A stretch of 64,000 nt of DNA from Octopus vulgaris (GCA_951406725.2 OX597815.1:199330001-199394000); one strand, 5' to 3'; positions 1 through 13,118 are shown, counted from the stretch's first letter. The notes: generated by a model not told the origin, from the sequence alone. Program-made: numbers and translations.

Positions 1-328
1 AAATGGGGAAACTATCGAAATACAAAGACCTGGAAACAGAAGTAACACGAATGTGGAATCTAAAAACAGAAACAATTCCTATCATAGCAGGCGCATTAGA
101 TATGATAAATAAATATTCAAACAAATACGTAACAAAAACATCAGGACTTACAAATATATATATAACATACAGAAAATTGCACTACTAGGCACTACACACA
201 TCCTACCTGAAACTCTCTCAATACAGTAAACATAAGAACATCACAGCAAACCACAGCACATATCCAAGGCACACAGAGCTGCGCTTGGTAGTGAAGTGAA
301 AGCACACTATAAAAATAAAACTACTGAA

Positions 329-329
<1 letters not shown>
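1..329 (+). mobile_element. 3' end of Dong/R4-clade non-LTR retrotransposon (C-terminal restriction-like endonuclease region plus 3' UTR)
   Basis: ORF 3-188 KLSKYKDLETEVTRMWNLKTETIPIIAGAL matches the KY.DL..E..R.W......IPI.IGALG pattern; ends AATAAAACTACTGAAT directly at an (ATT)n tract. Confidence 0.75.
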
Positions 330-397
<68 letters not shown>

Positions 398-410
398 CAT
401 CATCATCATT
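330..410. repeat. (ATT)n/(ATC)n microsatellite
   Basis: Direct reading. Confidence 0.95.
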
Positions 411-419
411 ATACAAGTA

Positions 420-2720
420 AAAGGTAATGTTCCAATAAGTATCCTAAATGTTTGGTAAGTATTCGACTAGATTGCTTCCAAACTTCCGATGTACAGACCG
501 ATTTACTAATTAAAATCTATTAAACGTAGTGTAATGATGTGTGTGAGAATGTTTGATTTGTTAATAATTGAGTAAATGAAGTAGAAATGGATTTAGATTA
601 ATAAACAGATAAATAAGAATATATAATCGTACAGAAAAGGGTGAGAGGAAGAGATAATTCTAAATGCACAACGTTTGGTAGAGATAGCCCTTGGTAAGAA
701 GAAACAATAAAGAAAATACGTTTAAGTAAATACATATAAATATAGTCAAGACTATTGAAAAGGTTGCAAGGCGCAACGAAAATTTTAGGAAAATGAAAAA
801 ATAAGAAATCAGTGGAAATTTTACCGGTGAGTGTGTTAAATTATAAGGCACGAAAAGAAAATGACTCTCCCCAGACACAACAGTATATGCTTCAACACAC
901 GAACTCACATAAAGAATCATTGCAAACCAAATCCAAAAGCGAAATATAAATATAAATAAAATAATATAAAGATGTAATAAATAGGGGAAGCTCTTGGTTA
1001 GTCTATATATTTCAACAATATTAATAGTTCGGATTCATGAGACAGAATTTTTACTTATAAATCTGAGAATGGCCGTGGAAGACAGCACAATTGGAAATGG
1101 TTTGTTTAAGACTTGATATATATAGTGTGATATACATGATGGTTATTATCAGTAGAAATAACGTGTATGTTCTATCAAGGGTATGTAGTAATGGTGTTTG
1201 AACCACACTGACTAGCTGACAGCATTCAAAATAATATTATATAGTAGTCGTGTCAACAGACAGAAACTAAGTTGCAACGGTAATACTATTTGAGTGGGTT
1301 ACACAGTTTATACTCTAGTAAGTAAGAATGTGTTGTGAAAGGTCTCAGGTCTTACCTGAAGTGATTAAGTAAAGACGCGGGTTGCCTGTAAGAATGTACA
1401 AATTTAGGAAATTTGTGTGGTACAAATTTAGCAAACGCTTACAGTTAATTTCATTCTTTTGAAGTTAAGGTTAGAAACAAGGATAAAAAGTTAAAGGATC
1501 GAGAGAATGAAAAGATACTAGGACAAGACGATGAGAGATGTAACGTTAACCATTTTGGTTCATGTAACAGTGTAATGTTACTCTTAATTTATGATTACGG
1601 TTTATAATTAGTTCGTCACATTTATTTAGTGAATTTTCTTTTTTGGCTAATAAAATTTCTCGGACCTATAGCAAACAAGAACCTGCAGGCTTGCCTATCA
1701 TCCTGATAAGATTCCACTGAATTGATAAAGAATTATTTAATACGATACTTTATATTCCTAGATTTCAGGGTAGAAATATACTCAGAAAATCTGGTAGAAA
1801 ATCTTAGTTTGTCATTAATAAAGAGATTTTTATGTGTGGAAATCCTTTACTTAAAATGTTAGTTGTTAAACTGATATAGAAACGCTTAATATTATTAGTT
1901 TTAACTATACAAGTGTAGACTTCATTCCTTTCAATATTGTTTCCATCTCATGGACAATTTCCACTGAATCTACAATTACCGGCATGTGCTCTTCTTTCCC
2001 ACATAATTAAACTGATGCATTGCTACGCAATAAAAATTTTTGGAATTCGAATTATTAGTTTGTTTACCAAGAAGTTTGGTTTCTAATGTCAACATAACCA
2101 GCATCCTCAATTTCTTTAGATTCACTAACGGTGTATTTGTCTAAGTATTCTGGCTTGGATGTTTGGATTTGGCCTGCAATGTTTGAGAACCCATGTTATT
2201 TAGTTCCTTGCCTTCTATATTTTCTTTTAATTTGAATTCTATTTAAAACATCTATAACAGACGCTTGGTTAGGGGTGGCTGAATAGACGAGTTTAATTGT
2301 TTTTCTATTGATTATTAAATAGTAGAACTGATGAAGATATCTCTTTCCATTATTCGAAACCATTTCATGGAAGAGATTATTAAGTTATTGGCGAAGAGTG
2401 AATTATACTAGAAAACCTCATTCTTCCCACGTTTTTCCATTACTATTAGTTGTTTGTTTACGAGAGGTGAATTCTATTTTACAGGAATTAATGCTATCTA
2501 TCCGTGGTATACATAGCATTAATGGCACTCTCCTGTTAATCAGGTATATTTGTTGTACTCATATAGCCATGATTAGCAAATGAATTAACAAGGATTTCTT
2601 CATAATGTATTTTTATGTTTTTCCGTCTACTTCGTTTTAAAGCCCGAATTGTATAGGAACACGATCGGTTCTTATCATTCCAAACACTATTCGGAGATAT
2701 ATTCCTTAATTCATTCTTCA
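420..2720 (-). pseudogene. Possible very decayed Penelope-like reverse transcriptase region
   Basis: Minus-strand fragments appear in the expected order (AVFHGHSQIYK ~1060-1090, LATFSIV ~750-770, GLYIGS ~480-500) but are weak and full of stops. Confidence 0.25.
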
Positions 2721-3257
2721 TATTTTCTGTAAATTTACTCTCTTCGTTATATATGTAATTAAAAAAATGCTGGTATGCTCATCAACCCTGTCAATTTGAT
2801 CTTGGGAATGCGTACAGGTATTTAATGCTATATGGACAAAATCTGCTACATTGATGATGGTAATTATAGGATAAATAGTCAGGTCATTGGAAGTTTTTCT
2901 TCCGACATTCCTCCTGTCTAGCTTATCCTTAAAATCTCTTGTATTGTCAGTACTAAGTGTTAGTTCGTGTCTAAGGTCCTCATAATGGAACATAGAATCG
3001 GTGTTACTGCATTTTTTAAAGTATATCATTATAATAGACGGCATTGGGTAACGAGCCGCAGTGACGGATCGAACCACAAAACACGTAATTGTGAAGCAAA
3101 CCTCTTACTCAAACACCCATGCTTGCATATGCATGTGTATGGGAGTTGTATATGTATATATATATACATATATATCATACATACACGCGCGCGCTACCAC
3201 TTCCGAGGTTCTGCTCCCTATTAAATATATGTAGCCCAGACCTTTTTCCCTCCATTC

Positions 3258-3284
3258 CTTTATATATATATATACATATACATG

Positions 3285-3324
<40 letters not shown>

Positions 3325-3349
3325 TATATATACATACATACATATATTC

Positions 3350-3392
<43 letters not shown>

Positions 3393-3410
3393 CATACATA
3401 CATACATACA

Positions 3411-3441
<31 letters not shown>

Positions 3442-3442
3442 G

Positions 3443-3501
<59 letters not shown>

Positions 3502-3524
3502 GCATACATGCATACATGCATATA

Positions 3525-3570
<46 letters not shown>
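3258..3570. repeat. (TA)n/(TACA)n compound microsatellite
   Basis: Direct reading. Confidence 0.95.
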
Positions 3571-4203
3571 GACGTACATACATATTTATATAAATATGTA
3601 TGCTTGCAAAGCATGCTTTGTGTTTAGCTTGATGGTTTTAGAATATTTTAGATTATGGTTTCTCAAAAAAATAATTATCCAACGTTATTACGTTTAAAAT
3701 ATAAAAGCAATTTAACCAGTCGTTATTATTTTCCATTTCGTTACTTTGTTGTTGTTTTTTTTCCAAGTTTTTTTTTTCTTTTTTTTCTATAGATACAAGT
3801 TCTCTGCCCCATTCTTATAGATTATTTCCAATTTTCCATTACGCATGCATATTTTCAAAACATAAGCATCACAATACATTATGTGACCGAAAATATTTGA
3901 AAAACTCTATTCATGATTGTTTTGTTGTGTGCGTGATGGATACACTTCCAAGTGATTTAAATATAGAACGCACTCGCTCTGTTATTTTTAAAATCCGCCC
4001 ATTCAGAATATAACGAACAATTATATCACCCACGATATTAAAAAGAAAAGTTAACCTGATGAATATAAAACTGCAAACCAAATGACACATACATAAACGT
4101 AATGGTTGGCCAATGCTACATTACATAAGACAAAATTTTACATTACTTTTATGTTATACTTTGTTATTCTGCATTTCGTTCATTCTATTAAATACACACA
4201 CAC

Positions 4204-4299
<96 letters not shown>

Positions 4300-4503
4300 A
4301 CGCATGCATAATAATCATATTATCCCTATTTCAATAAATGATTTTTAAAAATAGCTTTGTATGTTTTACATTAATAATATCATTGAATATCACTGAAAAT
4401 AATCCTCTCTCGGTTGTACAGGATTTCATCGTGTTCGGTGACTGGCAGAGGTAACCCGTGTAAACTGCTTGATAACATCTACACATTATAGATAGATAGA
4501 TAT

Positions 4504-4576
<73 letters not shown>

Positions 4577-4586
4577 AATATATATA

Positions 4587-4817
4587 TATTTCTTTACTAC
4601 CCACAAGGGGCTAAACACAGAGGGGACAAACAAGGACAGACAAACAGATTAAGTCGATTATATCGACCCCAGTGCGTAACTGGTACTTAATTTATCGACC
4701 CCGAAAGGATGAAAGGCAAAGTCGACCTCGGCGGAATTTGAACTCAGAACGTAACGGCAGACGAAATACGGATACGCATTTCGCCCGACGTGCTAACGTT
4801 TCTGCCAGCTCACCGCC
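4587..4817 (-). mobile_element. tRNA-derived SINE family B, full length
   Basis: Reverse complement has head GGCGGTGAGCTGGCAGAA (box A-like), GAGTTCAAATTCC (box B), core GCCTTTCATCCTTTCGGGGTCGATAAA, tail GTAAAGAAATA. Confidence 0.85.
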
Positions 4818-4841
4818 TTGAAATATATAAACGTGTATATA

Positions 4842-5100
4842 TCACCTTCACCTTGATCACCTTGACCGACCAGTCCGTCAGGCGTCCATTTAACACCGCT
4901 GGTCACAGCACGCTGTCCACTCCTCTCTGGATCGCGTCTTTCTCATCCACGTAATCCCAATCGTCCTCCTGAAATCGTAACTCCACTGTCGTGGAGGTCT
5001 TCCGGGTGGTCTTTTCCGCTCGCGCGGGTACCACTCGACAAATGTGTGCGTCCATCGATTATCGGTGAGCCGGGCGACGTGTCCAGCCCATCTATACTTT
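4842..5100 (-). mobile_element. RTE-clade LINE 3' fragment
   Basis: Minus-strand translation KYRWAGHVARLTDNRWT..VEWYPRERKRPPGRPPRQW; 3' end abuts TA repeat. Confidence 0.8.
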
Positions 5101-5415
5101 ATATGCAGTGATATATATATATATGGAAGATACTGGAAGGACTGGTGGCAAACTTTGGAATAAAGAGCTATACCAGACTACGAACCGGACGCCATTGTGC
5201 TGTCCCCATTGTGCCGACTTCTTCATCTCGGGCAAGGACGATGTACTGCAATAGTTTGGGTTTCAATGACCCACAGCTGTTTAACTGTCTGCCCAACCAT
5301 TTGAGGAGCCTCTATGGAGTGGATGTAGATGTTTTAAAACGTGAACTTGACCTCTAACTTGATATCTAAGCAAGGAACTCAAAAGAGAGCAGTAGCATCG
5401 AACTCCGTCCTTCAC
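5101..5415 (+). mobile_element. CR1-clade LINE ORF2 C-terminal fragment
   Basis: WKILEGLVANFGIKSY..RTGRHC..YCNSLGF..PQLFNCLP.HLR..VDVDVLKRELDL. Confidence 0.75.
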
Positions 5416-5518
5416 CAGAAGCTGCTCCGACAAAGGTGGAAAGTGGAAAGATGATTACAATGGCAGTGTTCCAGCATGGCCACAGTCATTGAACTGAAAC
5501 ATATAAGAGAATATGAAA

Positions 5519-5562
<44 letters not shown>

Positions 5563-5566
<4 letters not shown>

Positions 5567-5633
5567 TTCGTCTGCCGCTACGTTCTGATCTCAAATTCCG
5601 CCGAGGTCGACTTTGCCTTTAATCCTTTCGGGT

Positions 5634-5684
<51 letters not shown>

Positions 5685-5749
5685 CGTCTGCCGCTACGTT
5701 CTGATCTCAAATTCCGCCGAGGTCGACTTTGCCTTTAATCCTTTCGGGT

Positions 5750-5752
<3 letters not shown>
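5563..5752 (+). mobile_element. Two tandem ~75-bp SINE-B fragments separated by (TA)n
   Basis: Near-identical TATTTCGTCTGCC...GGGTTCGA units at 5563-5637 and ~5680-5753. Confidence 0.75.
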
Positions 5753-5796
<44 letters not shown>

Positions 5797-5910
5797 ATAT
5801 TTCGGAATGGTCATATTGCCAGTTTAGCCAATAAAAACACACGCACTATATATTTGGTGTTATTTTGCTTCAGTGATATTTATTTTTTACATTAATCTTA
5901 ATCTTATTTC

Positions 5911-5955
5911 GGCCAAAGTTCTTTCGTCACACTCCTGTGACCGCATCAGTGGTCC
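5911..5955 (-). ncRNA. Minimal hammerhead-like motif (inverted pLTR copy)
   Basis: Reverse complement of 6922-6966. Confidence 0.55.
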
Positions 5956-5977
5956 TTTGTTTTCTTCTCACTTACTT

Positions 5978-6445
5978 AAACTAAGAATTAAGGTTGTTGA
6001 AAAGCCAGGCAATCCTATCAGATCTATAATTGGTAGAAGCTATCCTTTTAGTAGAACTCTCTGTACGGATAACTATTGCACTGTATGTAGATTTAGCCCA
6101 CAAACGAACTGTAAAGCCAGAAATGTGGTCTATAGTATAAGATGTATAGAGGGACGATGCAGTAACAAGACAGTAACATACGTAGGGGAAACTGCAAGAA
6201 GCATTGGTGAGCGGGTGAATGAACATTGGAGACAACTCAAGGAAGGTAAAAGCTCATCGATTCTGTACCAACACGCCGAACAAGAACACGGGGGATCAAT
6301 CAATAACATAGAGATTAAGATATTGTCCACACATAGAACAGATGCAACAATTAGACAAATTACAGAAGCTACACATATAATAGAAAATAAACCTAGCCTG
6401 AATAGAAAACTAGAATGGAGCAATAGCGCACACCACAACATATGA
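5978..6445 (+). pseudogene. GIY-YIG endonuclease (C-terminal domain of PLE polyprotein, Naiad-like), 5'-truncated but uninterrupted
   Basis: VVEKPG..PF...C....C..C...NC..RNVVYSIRC...C....YVGETARSIGERVNEH...H...H...RQITEA..I....LNRKLEW; the first 35 aa of ORF 5873 come from the inverted repeat. Confidence 0.85.
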
Positions 6446-6921
6446 CAATAGTGGATCCTGCAAACATAATAAATACACAGGTAATTAAAGAAATAGAAAT
6501 GAATATCTATATGTGTATATATGTGTGTATATATGTATATATATGTATATGTATATGTATGTATATATATATATGTATATGTATTTTTTTTTTTTTTTTT
6601 TTTTCGATTAGATTTATTATTATTATTACTAATTTTGTTGTTATACATACATACATACAAGCATATGTAATGATAATAATAGGTGGATGTAAACACATGA
6701 ACAAAATTAGAACAAAAGCAACAACAACAAAAACAAAATACAAATTACAAGAATGTATATAACCAGAAGATACAAATATTACAGGCATCCCCCCACACAC
6801 ACACTAAATAAACATAGACGCACATAGAGATATAAGCATGCGCAAATGAAGACATACAATAGAAATACAAAATGGCTGACGGTTAGTAAGGAGAGACACA
6901 AGTAAGTGAGAAGAAAACAAA

Positions 6922-6966
6922 GGACCACTGATGCGGTCACAGGAGTGTGACGAAAGAACTTTGGCC
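6922..6966 (+). ncRNA. Minimal type-I hammerhead-like motif, core variant CUGAUGC
   Basis: ggacca CUGAUGC g gucaca-ggag-ugugac GAAA gaac UU uggcc; perfect 6-bp stem II. Confidence 0.55.
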
Positions 6967-7141
6967 GAAATAAGATTAAGATTAATGTAAAAAATAAATA
7001 TCACTGAAGCAAAATAACACCAAATATATAGTGCGTGTGTTTTTATTGGCTAAACTGGCAATATGACCATTCCGAAATATAACAATATCTGTTTCAACAC
7101 ACGACTTCACATAAAAAATCTTGCACAACAAATATTTAAAC

Positions 7142-7216
<75 letters not shown>

Positions 7217-7776
7217 CAGAGAGACAGAGAGAGAGAGACATACATAAATATGAACAGGGAAAAGAATTATGCTGCATTACTGGTATCGTAGCTTAATTCT
7301 AATGGTGATACAGCTGAGAGGGGCAGGGCACCTGGTTCAGAAGAATGTTGATAGGCTCCCCAGTCAGTTTTTCTATGATGAGCTCTGGAAAAAGCAAACT
7401 TCCCCGTAGGTTGCCCCTTCTAACGTTGTAAAGATAAGTTTAAGGATAACTTTAAGTGCTGAAATATCGATTTCGACTCTTGGGTCGACCTTACAGAAAA
7501 GTGTTTTGAATTGAGCAAACAAAAAAAATCGTGATCAACTTCATGCGGATCTTAAGCAGATGCACCAAGAACCTGCTTCAAATGATTTCAGTTTTGATTA
7601 TCGTAGATTCGGAATATTAGACAAAACAGGGTTCGCTTTGCAGCAATGTTGGTGTCTAGACACACTTAGTTGCATTTTGTGACGCTCGAACGTGTGTGTG
7701 TGTGTGTGTTTGCGCACGTGAGGGTGTGGGGCTGTGCGTATATGTGTATGGATGGATGAATGGGTGGATGTATATA

Positions 7777-8273
7777 CAGGGTGGTCGGGCTTAATTTGAC
7801 GATGTTTTTTATATTTTTTTCTTTCCAGGATCAGCTTGTTTGGGTGAGTAGTCTATGGCGTTAAAGAGTATGGGAATTAAAGTTATACTTGAGAAAAAAT
7901 TTGTTGAGATGGAGAACTGGATGCCATCTGAATATTGGAAAAGTGTTACCTGCATCATGATGATTCGCACCAGGTGTCAAAAATGCCTATATCATGATTG
8001 TTGCTCAATACTCTATGAACACTATAAAGGCTGTAGTACGGGACATGGATAGCCACAACAGAGACTATGGCGCCCTGGCCAGAAGGAAGGGACATGGCAA
8101 GCATTCTGAATTCGTCTGGCAACAGATGAACAGGGCTATAGTCTCAGTTCAGACACTTATGTGGAGCTGCTGGAAACTGTAGTCAATCCCTGATTTGGAA
8201 GGATTGCTTCTGGAAGTTCATATGTGTGGCAACAATATTTGCTTTCTGGCCATACCTCCAGGAAATGCCAATG
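7777..8273 (+). mobile_element. Decayed Tc1/mariner-superfamily transposon
   Basis: TA+CAGGGTGG terminus; remnant YVELLETVVNP*..IASGSSYVWQQ...HTS; related to 36750-37470. Confidence 0.6.
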
Positions 8274-8725
8274 CTAGCACGCCGGATGAAATGCTTAGCC
8301 GTATTTCGTCTGCCGCTACGTTCTGAGTTCAAATTCCGCCGAGGTCGACTTTGCCTTTCATCCTTTTGGGTTCGATATAATCGACTTAATCCGTGTGTCT
8401 GTCCTTGTTTCTCCTCTCTGTGTTTAGCCCCTTGTGGGTAGTAAAGAAATAAGTATTTCGTCTGCCGTTACGTTCTGAGTTCAAATTCCGCCGAGCTCGA
8501 CTTTGCCTTTCATCCTTTCGGGGTCGATTAAATAAGTACCAGTTACGCACTGGGGTCGATATAATCGACTTAATCCGTTTGTCTGTCCTTGTTTCTCCTC
8601 TCTGTGTTTAGCCCCTTGTGGGTAGTAAAGAAATAAGTATTTCGTCTGCCGTTACGTTCTGAGTTCAAATTCCGCCGAGCTCGACTTTGCCTTTCATTCT
8701 TTCGGGGTCGATAAATTAAGTACCA
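8274..8725 (+). mobile_element. SINE-B tandem multimer (about 2.5 units)
   Basis: Units restart at GTATTTCGTCTGCC at 8453 and 8637 (184-bp period). Confidence 0.85.
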
Positions 8726-8865
8726 ATAGCTTTTCTTTCCACGGATAAGCCTAATCCGTGGAAAGGCTTATCCTCGGAAAGAAAAACCTAGGAAAATCCA
8801 CGGTAACCTCGGGCAATGAAATACAAATGTACATTAGAGTGAAGTACACTCGTTCTCTTTCTCAT

Positions 8866-8888
8866 AGACAGACAGACAGACATATACG

Positions 8889-8945
<57 letters not shown>

Positions 8946-8946
8946 T

Positions 8947-9013
<67 letters not shown>
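8866..9013. repeat. (GATA)n microsatellite
   Basis: Direct reading. Confidence 0.95.
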
Positions 9014-9014
<1 letters not shown>

Positions 9015-10663
9015 CTACTATTTTTTAATACATATTTCTTCAGAATGGGAGGGGAGCCAATACAAGTTGTTTCTATTTCTAATAACGTTTTATATAAGCA
9101 TTCTTTATCTTCTGTACCCTGCTGGAAAATTCCATTTTGGCAAGTGCATAGTTAAACAGTATAATGTCGAATAACAGGGTTTTCGTGCATGCGGACGCAT
9201 ACACATACTCGTACATAAACACACACACATATGTATATATATGTATAAAGAAACACAAATTTTACCAGATCCAGGCATATTAATAAATACCTTCTAGCTA
9301 ATTTTAATCGAACGAAGGAACATGATTAAGCATATAATATTTGCTGTTGATCTATCGTTAACCTCACAGTTCACCGAACTCTCATATATCAAATTTTATA
9401 TTACACACCTTCGCACGTATATGTTAGTGATTCCCACTAAAATCAATATGTCACAAAACATATATTATTATTGACACATAGATCTAAAAAAAAAATACCC
9501 TTTTTCTTTCTATATCGCCGTGCAAAATATGCTATATATCATATCCATATACGTTTGCATATCTCAATACGGACATGCACATATACATATATTGGATATT
9601 CGTTAAATACGATCATAAACATTAACTTACCTTCAAATATTTTTTCCTGTTTTTATGGATTTGGGATAATATGAACTCTACCATCTAACGGATAATTCCG
9701 GAGCATTTGAATATTTCGCCATTATATCTTTTATATTTTTTTCGTCTCACTGTTTCAATACCAAACTTTCTCAGGTCTAATAACCAGTTATTTATATATT
9801 AAATATTTGCTCTATAACACATTATGAATCTCCATTGCACTCTTTCTTATGATTTTTTCATGAATAAATATAGTATATTACGCAGCTATTCTTATTTTTT
9901 TATTTTCATAAAGTTTAGCGCACAATCCGTACATTTGGTGCAGAAAATCCGGTTTGATATAGTATGAAAATTTATTAGATATCTGATATGCGCTAAATTA
10001 CCATTTTAACATAGAATACCCCTTCGATTTTGACAAATTCTTATAGATTTTAGTTAATATGGACCTATCCCAGCTAACGGAAGTGTCAAGGCAATTCAAT
10101 AATTTCGCATCAAATATTTTAAATGACTCGATATTGCATATTACTTAAATGTGGTCTTTCGTTGAAATCTTTTCAAATTCATGGGATTATTTTATTCTTT
10201 CTTCATTTTTTTCTTTTTTTTTTTTCAGAATATCAATTTTAGAAGCTAAAGAATAAATCCAGAAAACCTTAATATTTAGAAATTATATGTTTCTTGTCAC
10301 ACGAATGACATCCCTATTTCAATACGGCTTTTGAAGATCTGTGAACCGGTTATCCACACGCGCGTCCCGAAGCACAATCTCATACCCACATACGCAATTG
10401 TGCGCGCATGCACACACATTTACACATACATTCACACATACACACACACATATACATATGTATAAGTTGTATATTTATACAAGCACACACGCAAATATAT
10501 TGGATATAGAAAGCTGTATGGACAGACAGGCAGGCAGACAGATGAATAAGTAGATAGATAGACACACAGACAAAAACACTCAGATACACACAGAGACAGA
10601 CAGATAGACAAACAGACTGACTGACAGAGAGGCACATAGACATATAGACAGACACACGGACAC

Positions 10664-10770
<107 letters not shown>

Positions 10771-11442
10771 CAGGAAAAGTGTCACAGTTTGCATATAACC
10801 GAGTATTGTTACATCCTGTTAAAGGATCGAGTCATCGTTGACTAAGTCACCACTCATACAAGGCTCGTCGGTTATAAGTGTTGCTTGAATAACAGCTGGA
10901 CAAAAACAAGACTTGTCAAAAATATTAGCTGAATCCGGCATATTTTAGCTGACTATTGTTCATATCCGAGATGTGTTAGAAGTACATAGAAAAAATGCTT
11001 GGGAAATGATGAATATCCTAATATCTGTGAGTAAATCTCTCTAAAAGGAAGCGACTGATTCAGAACCTGAGATTCGTTCAGTCGTCTGGTTGTTCCAATC
11101 AACGTTGGCTTCCGAGAGGAAGCGCTGTTCTGTCTGAAAAGCTAACGTACTTCTATCTCCGCCTCACACACTTATAATCAATTACTTTCACAGGAAATTC
11201 TCAGAGTCACAAGCAAACTGACCTAACAGATGTGATCGCCGTCTTTGTAGCAGTCGCTGTATCATGAACGTGTAGAACAATGAAATGCCGCCGCTGTTTT
11301 CTGTAGGTCCTTCGCTTTTTGAAAAATGGCTGTTGGTGTCTGAAAATTGGTCACACATTGATATTAGTTAACTACACACACACACAAATACCTATTCGTG
11401 CAGATACATTCAAACACATGCACCTACATACACATTTACTCA

Positions 11443-11858
11443 TTTACTTGTTTTCAGTCATTTGACTGCGGCCATGCTGGAGCACAGCCTTTAATCGAGC
11501 AAATCGACCCCCCAGGACTTATTCTTTGGAAGCCTAGTACTTCTTCTATCGGTCTCTTTTGCCGAACCGCTAGCTAAGTTACGGGGACGTAAACACACCA
11601 CGATCGGTTGTCAAGCGATGTTGGGGGGGGGGGGGACAAACACAGGCACACAAACATATACACACACATACACATACATATATATACACATATACGACGG
11701 ACTTCTTTCAGTTGCCGCCTACCAAATCCTCTCACAAGACTTTGGTCGGCCCGAGGCTATAGTAGAAGACACTTGCCCAAGGTTCCATGTAATGGGAATG
11801 AACCCGGAACCATGTGGTTGGTGAGCAAGCTACTTACCACACAGCCACTCCTGCGCCT
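11443..11858 (-). mobile_element. tRNA-derived SINE family A, full length
   Basis: Reverse complement head GGCGCAGGAGTGGCTGTGTGGT, box B-like GGTTCATTCC, internal TA/TG microsatellite, tail CCAGCATGGCCGCAGTCAAATGACTGAAA. Confidence 0.85.
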
Positions 11859-11861
11859 ATG

Positions 11862-12453
11862 TGTAACAAAAGGTAACTTATTTCCCTAAGATTTAGCATC
11901 ATCTCCTACGAAATAGTTACCTTCGTACGCTAGAGATTCGGTCGCTCTCGCCGAATACCCTACCTTAAACGCTTCAAAACGTTGCATTAGAACTCTTGAT
12001 TGACGGTGTGAACGTAGGGGACGATTTCTCGATGCACAATACCACATTCCCGTGTGTAAGACTTGTGGCAGGTCGTCCAGATCCTTTATCGACTTCCAGG
12101 GACGTTAATCCACTTTTTGAAACACCCATGCCACTCGAAACATCGAGTACGAATCGCTGCCTTGTAGCTGTAAGCTTGCCGAAGCATTCTCAACGTCTTT
12201 ATAACAGACTTCCCAAGTTTAACCCGAGTTTTCACTTTGGCTCTTTGTTCCAGTCCATGACAAAAATCACAGGTTACAGTATACGCGTGAACACAAAACC
12301 ACAAATTTCACAAATTGCGAAGTAAATGCAGCGATGTCACTGGGCACACATCGTCATGAAAGTTACTGTAAGCCTCCACAACGCACGCGATCGCGTGCTG
12401 CCATCGGTTGGCGGGCTACAGGACTAGTCCGCGAACTTTTTGATACTACCTCG
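11862..12453 (-). mobile_element. Internally deleted mariner element
   Basis: Terminus CGAGGTAGTATCAAAAAGTT; HTH remnant LEQRA.VK..VKLGKS...TLRMLRQAY...RTRCFEWH; GIVHRE.VP...TVNQEF; C-terminal EGNYF.GD. Confidence 0.75.
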
Positions 12454-12530
12454 TGTGTGTGTGTATGTATATGTGTGTGTATATATGTGTCTGTGTGTAT
12501 ATATGTGTGTGCGTGTGTGTGTACATATAT

Positions 12531-12580
<50 letters not shown>

Positions 12581-12610
12581 GGCGTGAAAGTATGTATGTG
12601 GCTGATAAAT

Positions 12611-12770
12611 GTAGGAGTGGCTGTGTGGTAAGTAGCTTGCTTACGAACCACATGGTCCCAGGTTCAGTTCCACTGCGTGCTACCTTGGGCAAGTGTCTTC
12701 TACTGTAGCCTCGGGCTGACCAAAGCCTTGTAAGTGGATTTGGTAGACGGAAACTGAAAGAAGCTCGTCG
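12611..12770 (+). mobile_element. SINE-A 5' half
   Basis: Head to AAGAAGCTCGTCG, followed by TA tract. Confidence 0.85.
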
Positions 12771-12933
12771 TATTTATGTGTGTATATATATATATATCTT
12801 GGTCAGTCAGTGGAAGGACTTCACTACCTCATATGTTCTTAAAATTTAAATCCACATCTTTGTCTATATATCTACCTTCTCTATAATGTTGCCACTTGAT
12901 TTGAAAACTTTTGTATAAATGGACAAAACTCTA

Positions 12934-13026
12934 TAATTGGCTGATGAGTACTCAGCATCTTAAATCTGTTGTAATACTTTCAACATTTAATAAAATGATG
13001 TAGTGCGAAACGATTGTACCAAATTA
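12934..13026 (+). ncRNA. Type-I hammerhead ribozyme, canonical core, long stem II
   Basis: uaauugg CUGAUGA guacu..(uuaaaucuguug/caacauuuaa)..agugc GAAA c-gauu-g UA ccaaauua; lies in a ~260-bp module (12799-13059) between TA tracts. Confidence 0.75.
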
Positions 13027-13055
13027 CCTAAGTCATTCTTGTTGCTTATTTTGAG

Positions 13056-13118
<63 letters not shown>

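Larger units (their letters stand above)
5789..7142 (+). mobile_element. 5'-truncated Penelope-like element with inverted pseudo-LTRs, inserted in (TA)n
   Basis: 5789-5977 is the reverse complement of 6900-7088; GIY-YIG coding fragment between; HHR-like motif in each repeat; (TA)n on both sides. Confidence 0.85.

Noticed and set aside
2323-2368. CTGATGA...CGAAACC
   Set aside because: Stems do not form convincingly; expected by chance in AT-rich DNA.
7370-7500. Possible decayed hammerhead halves (also 28275-28306, 38575-38590, 56895-56915)
   Set aside because: Only half motifs or multiply mutated cores; cannot be supported without family consensuses.
7829-7843. Micro-exon-like sites (AG|15 nt|GTGAGT; also 15323-15344 and 32702-32715)
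   Set aside because: Two lie inside transposon remnants, such sites occur by chance in 64 kb, and there is no gene context.
8274-8725. CRISPR-like appearance of regularly spaced repeats
   Set aside because: These are 184-bp tandem SINE units with no unique spacers, in a eukaryotic context with no cas genes.
11608-11889. Recurrent short ORFs such as [29 protein letters not shown]
   Set aside because: Antisense translations of SINE-A copies, not a gene family.
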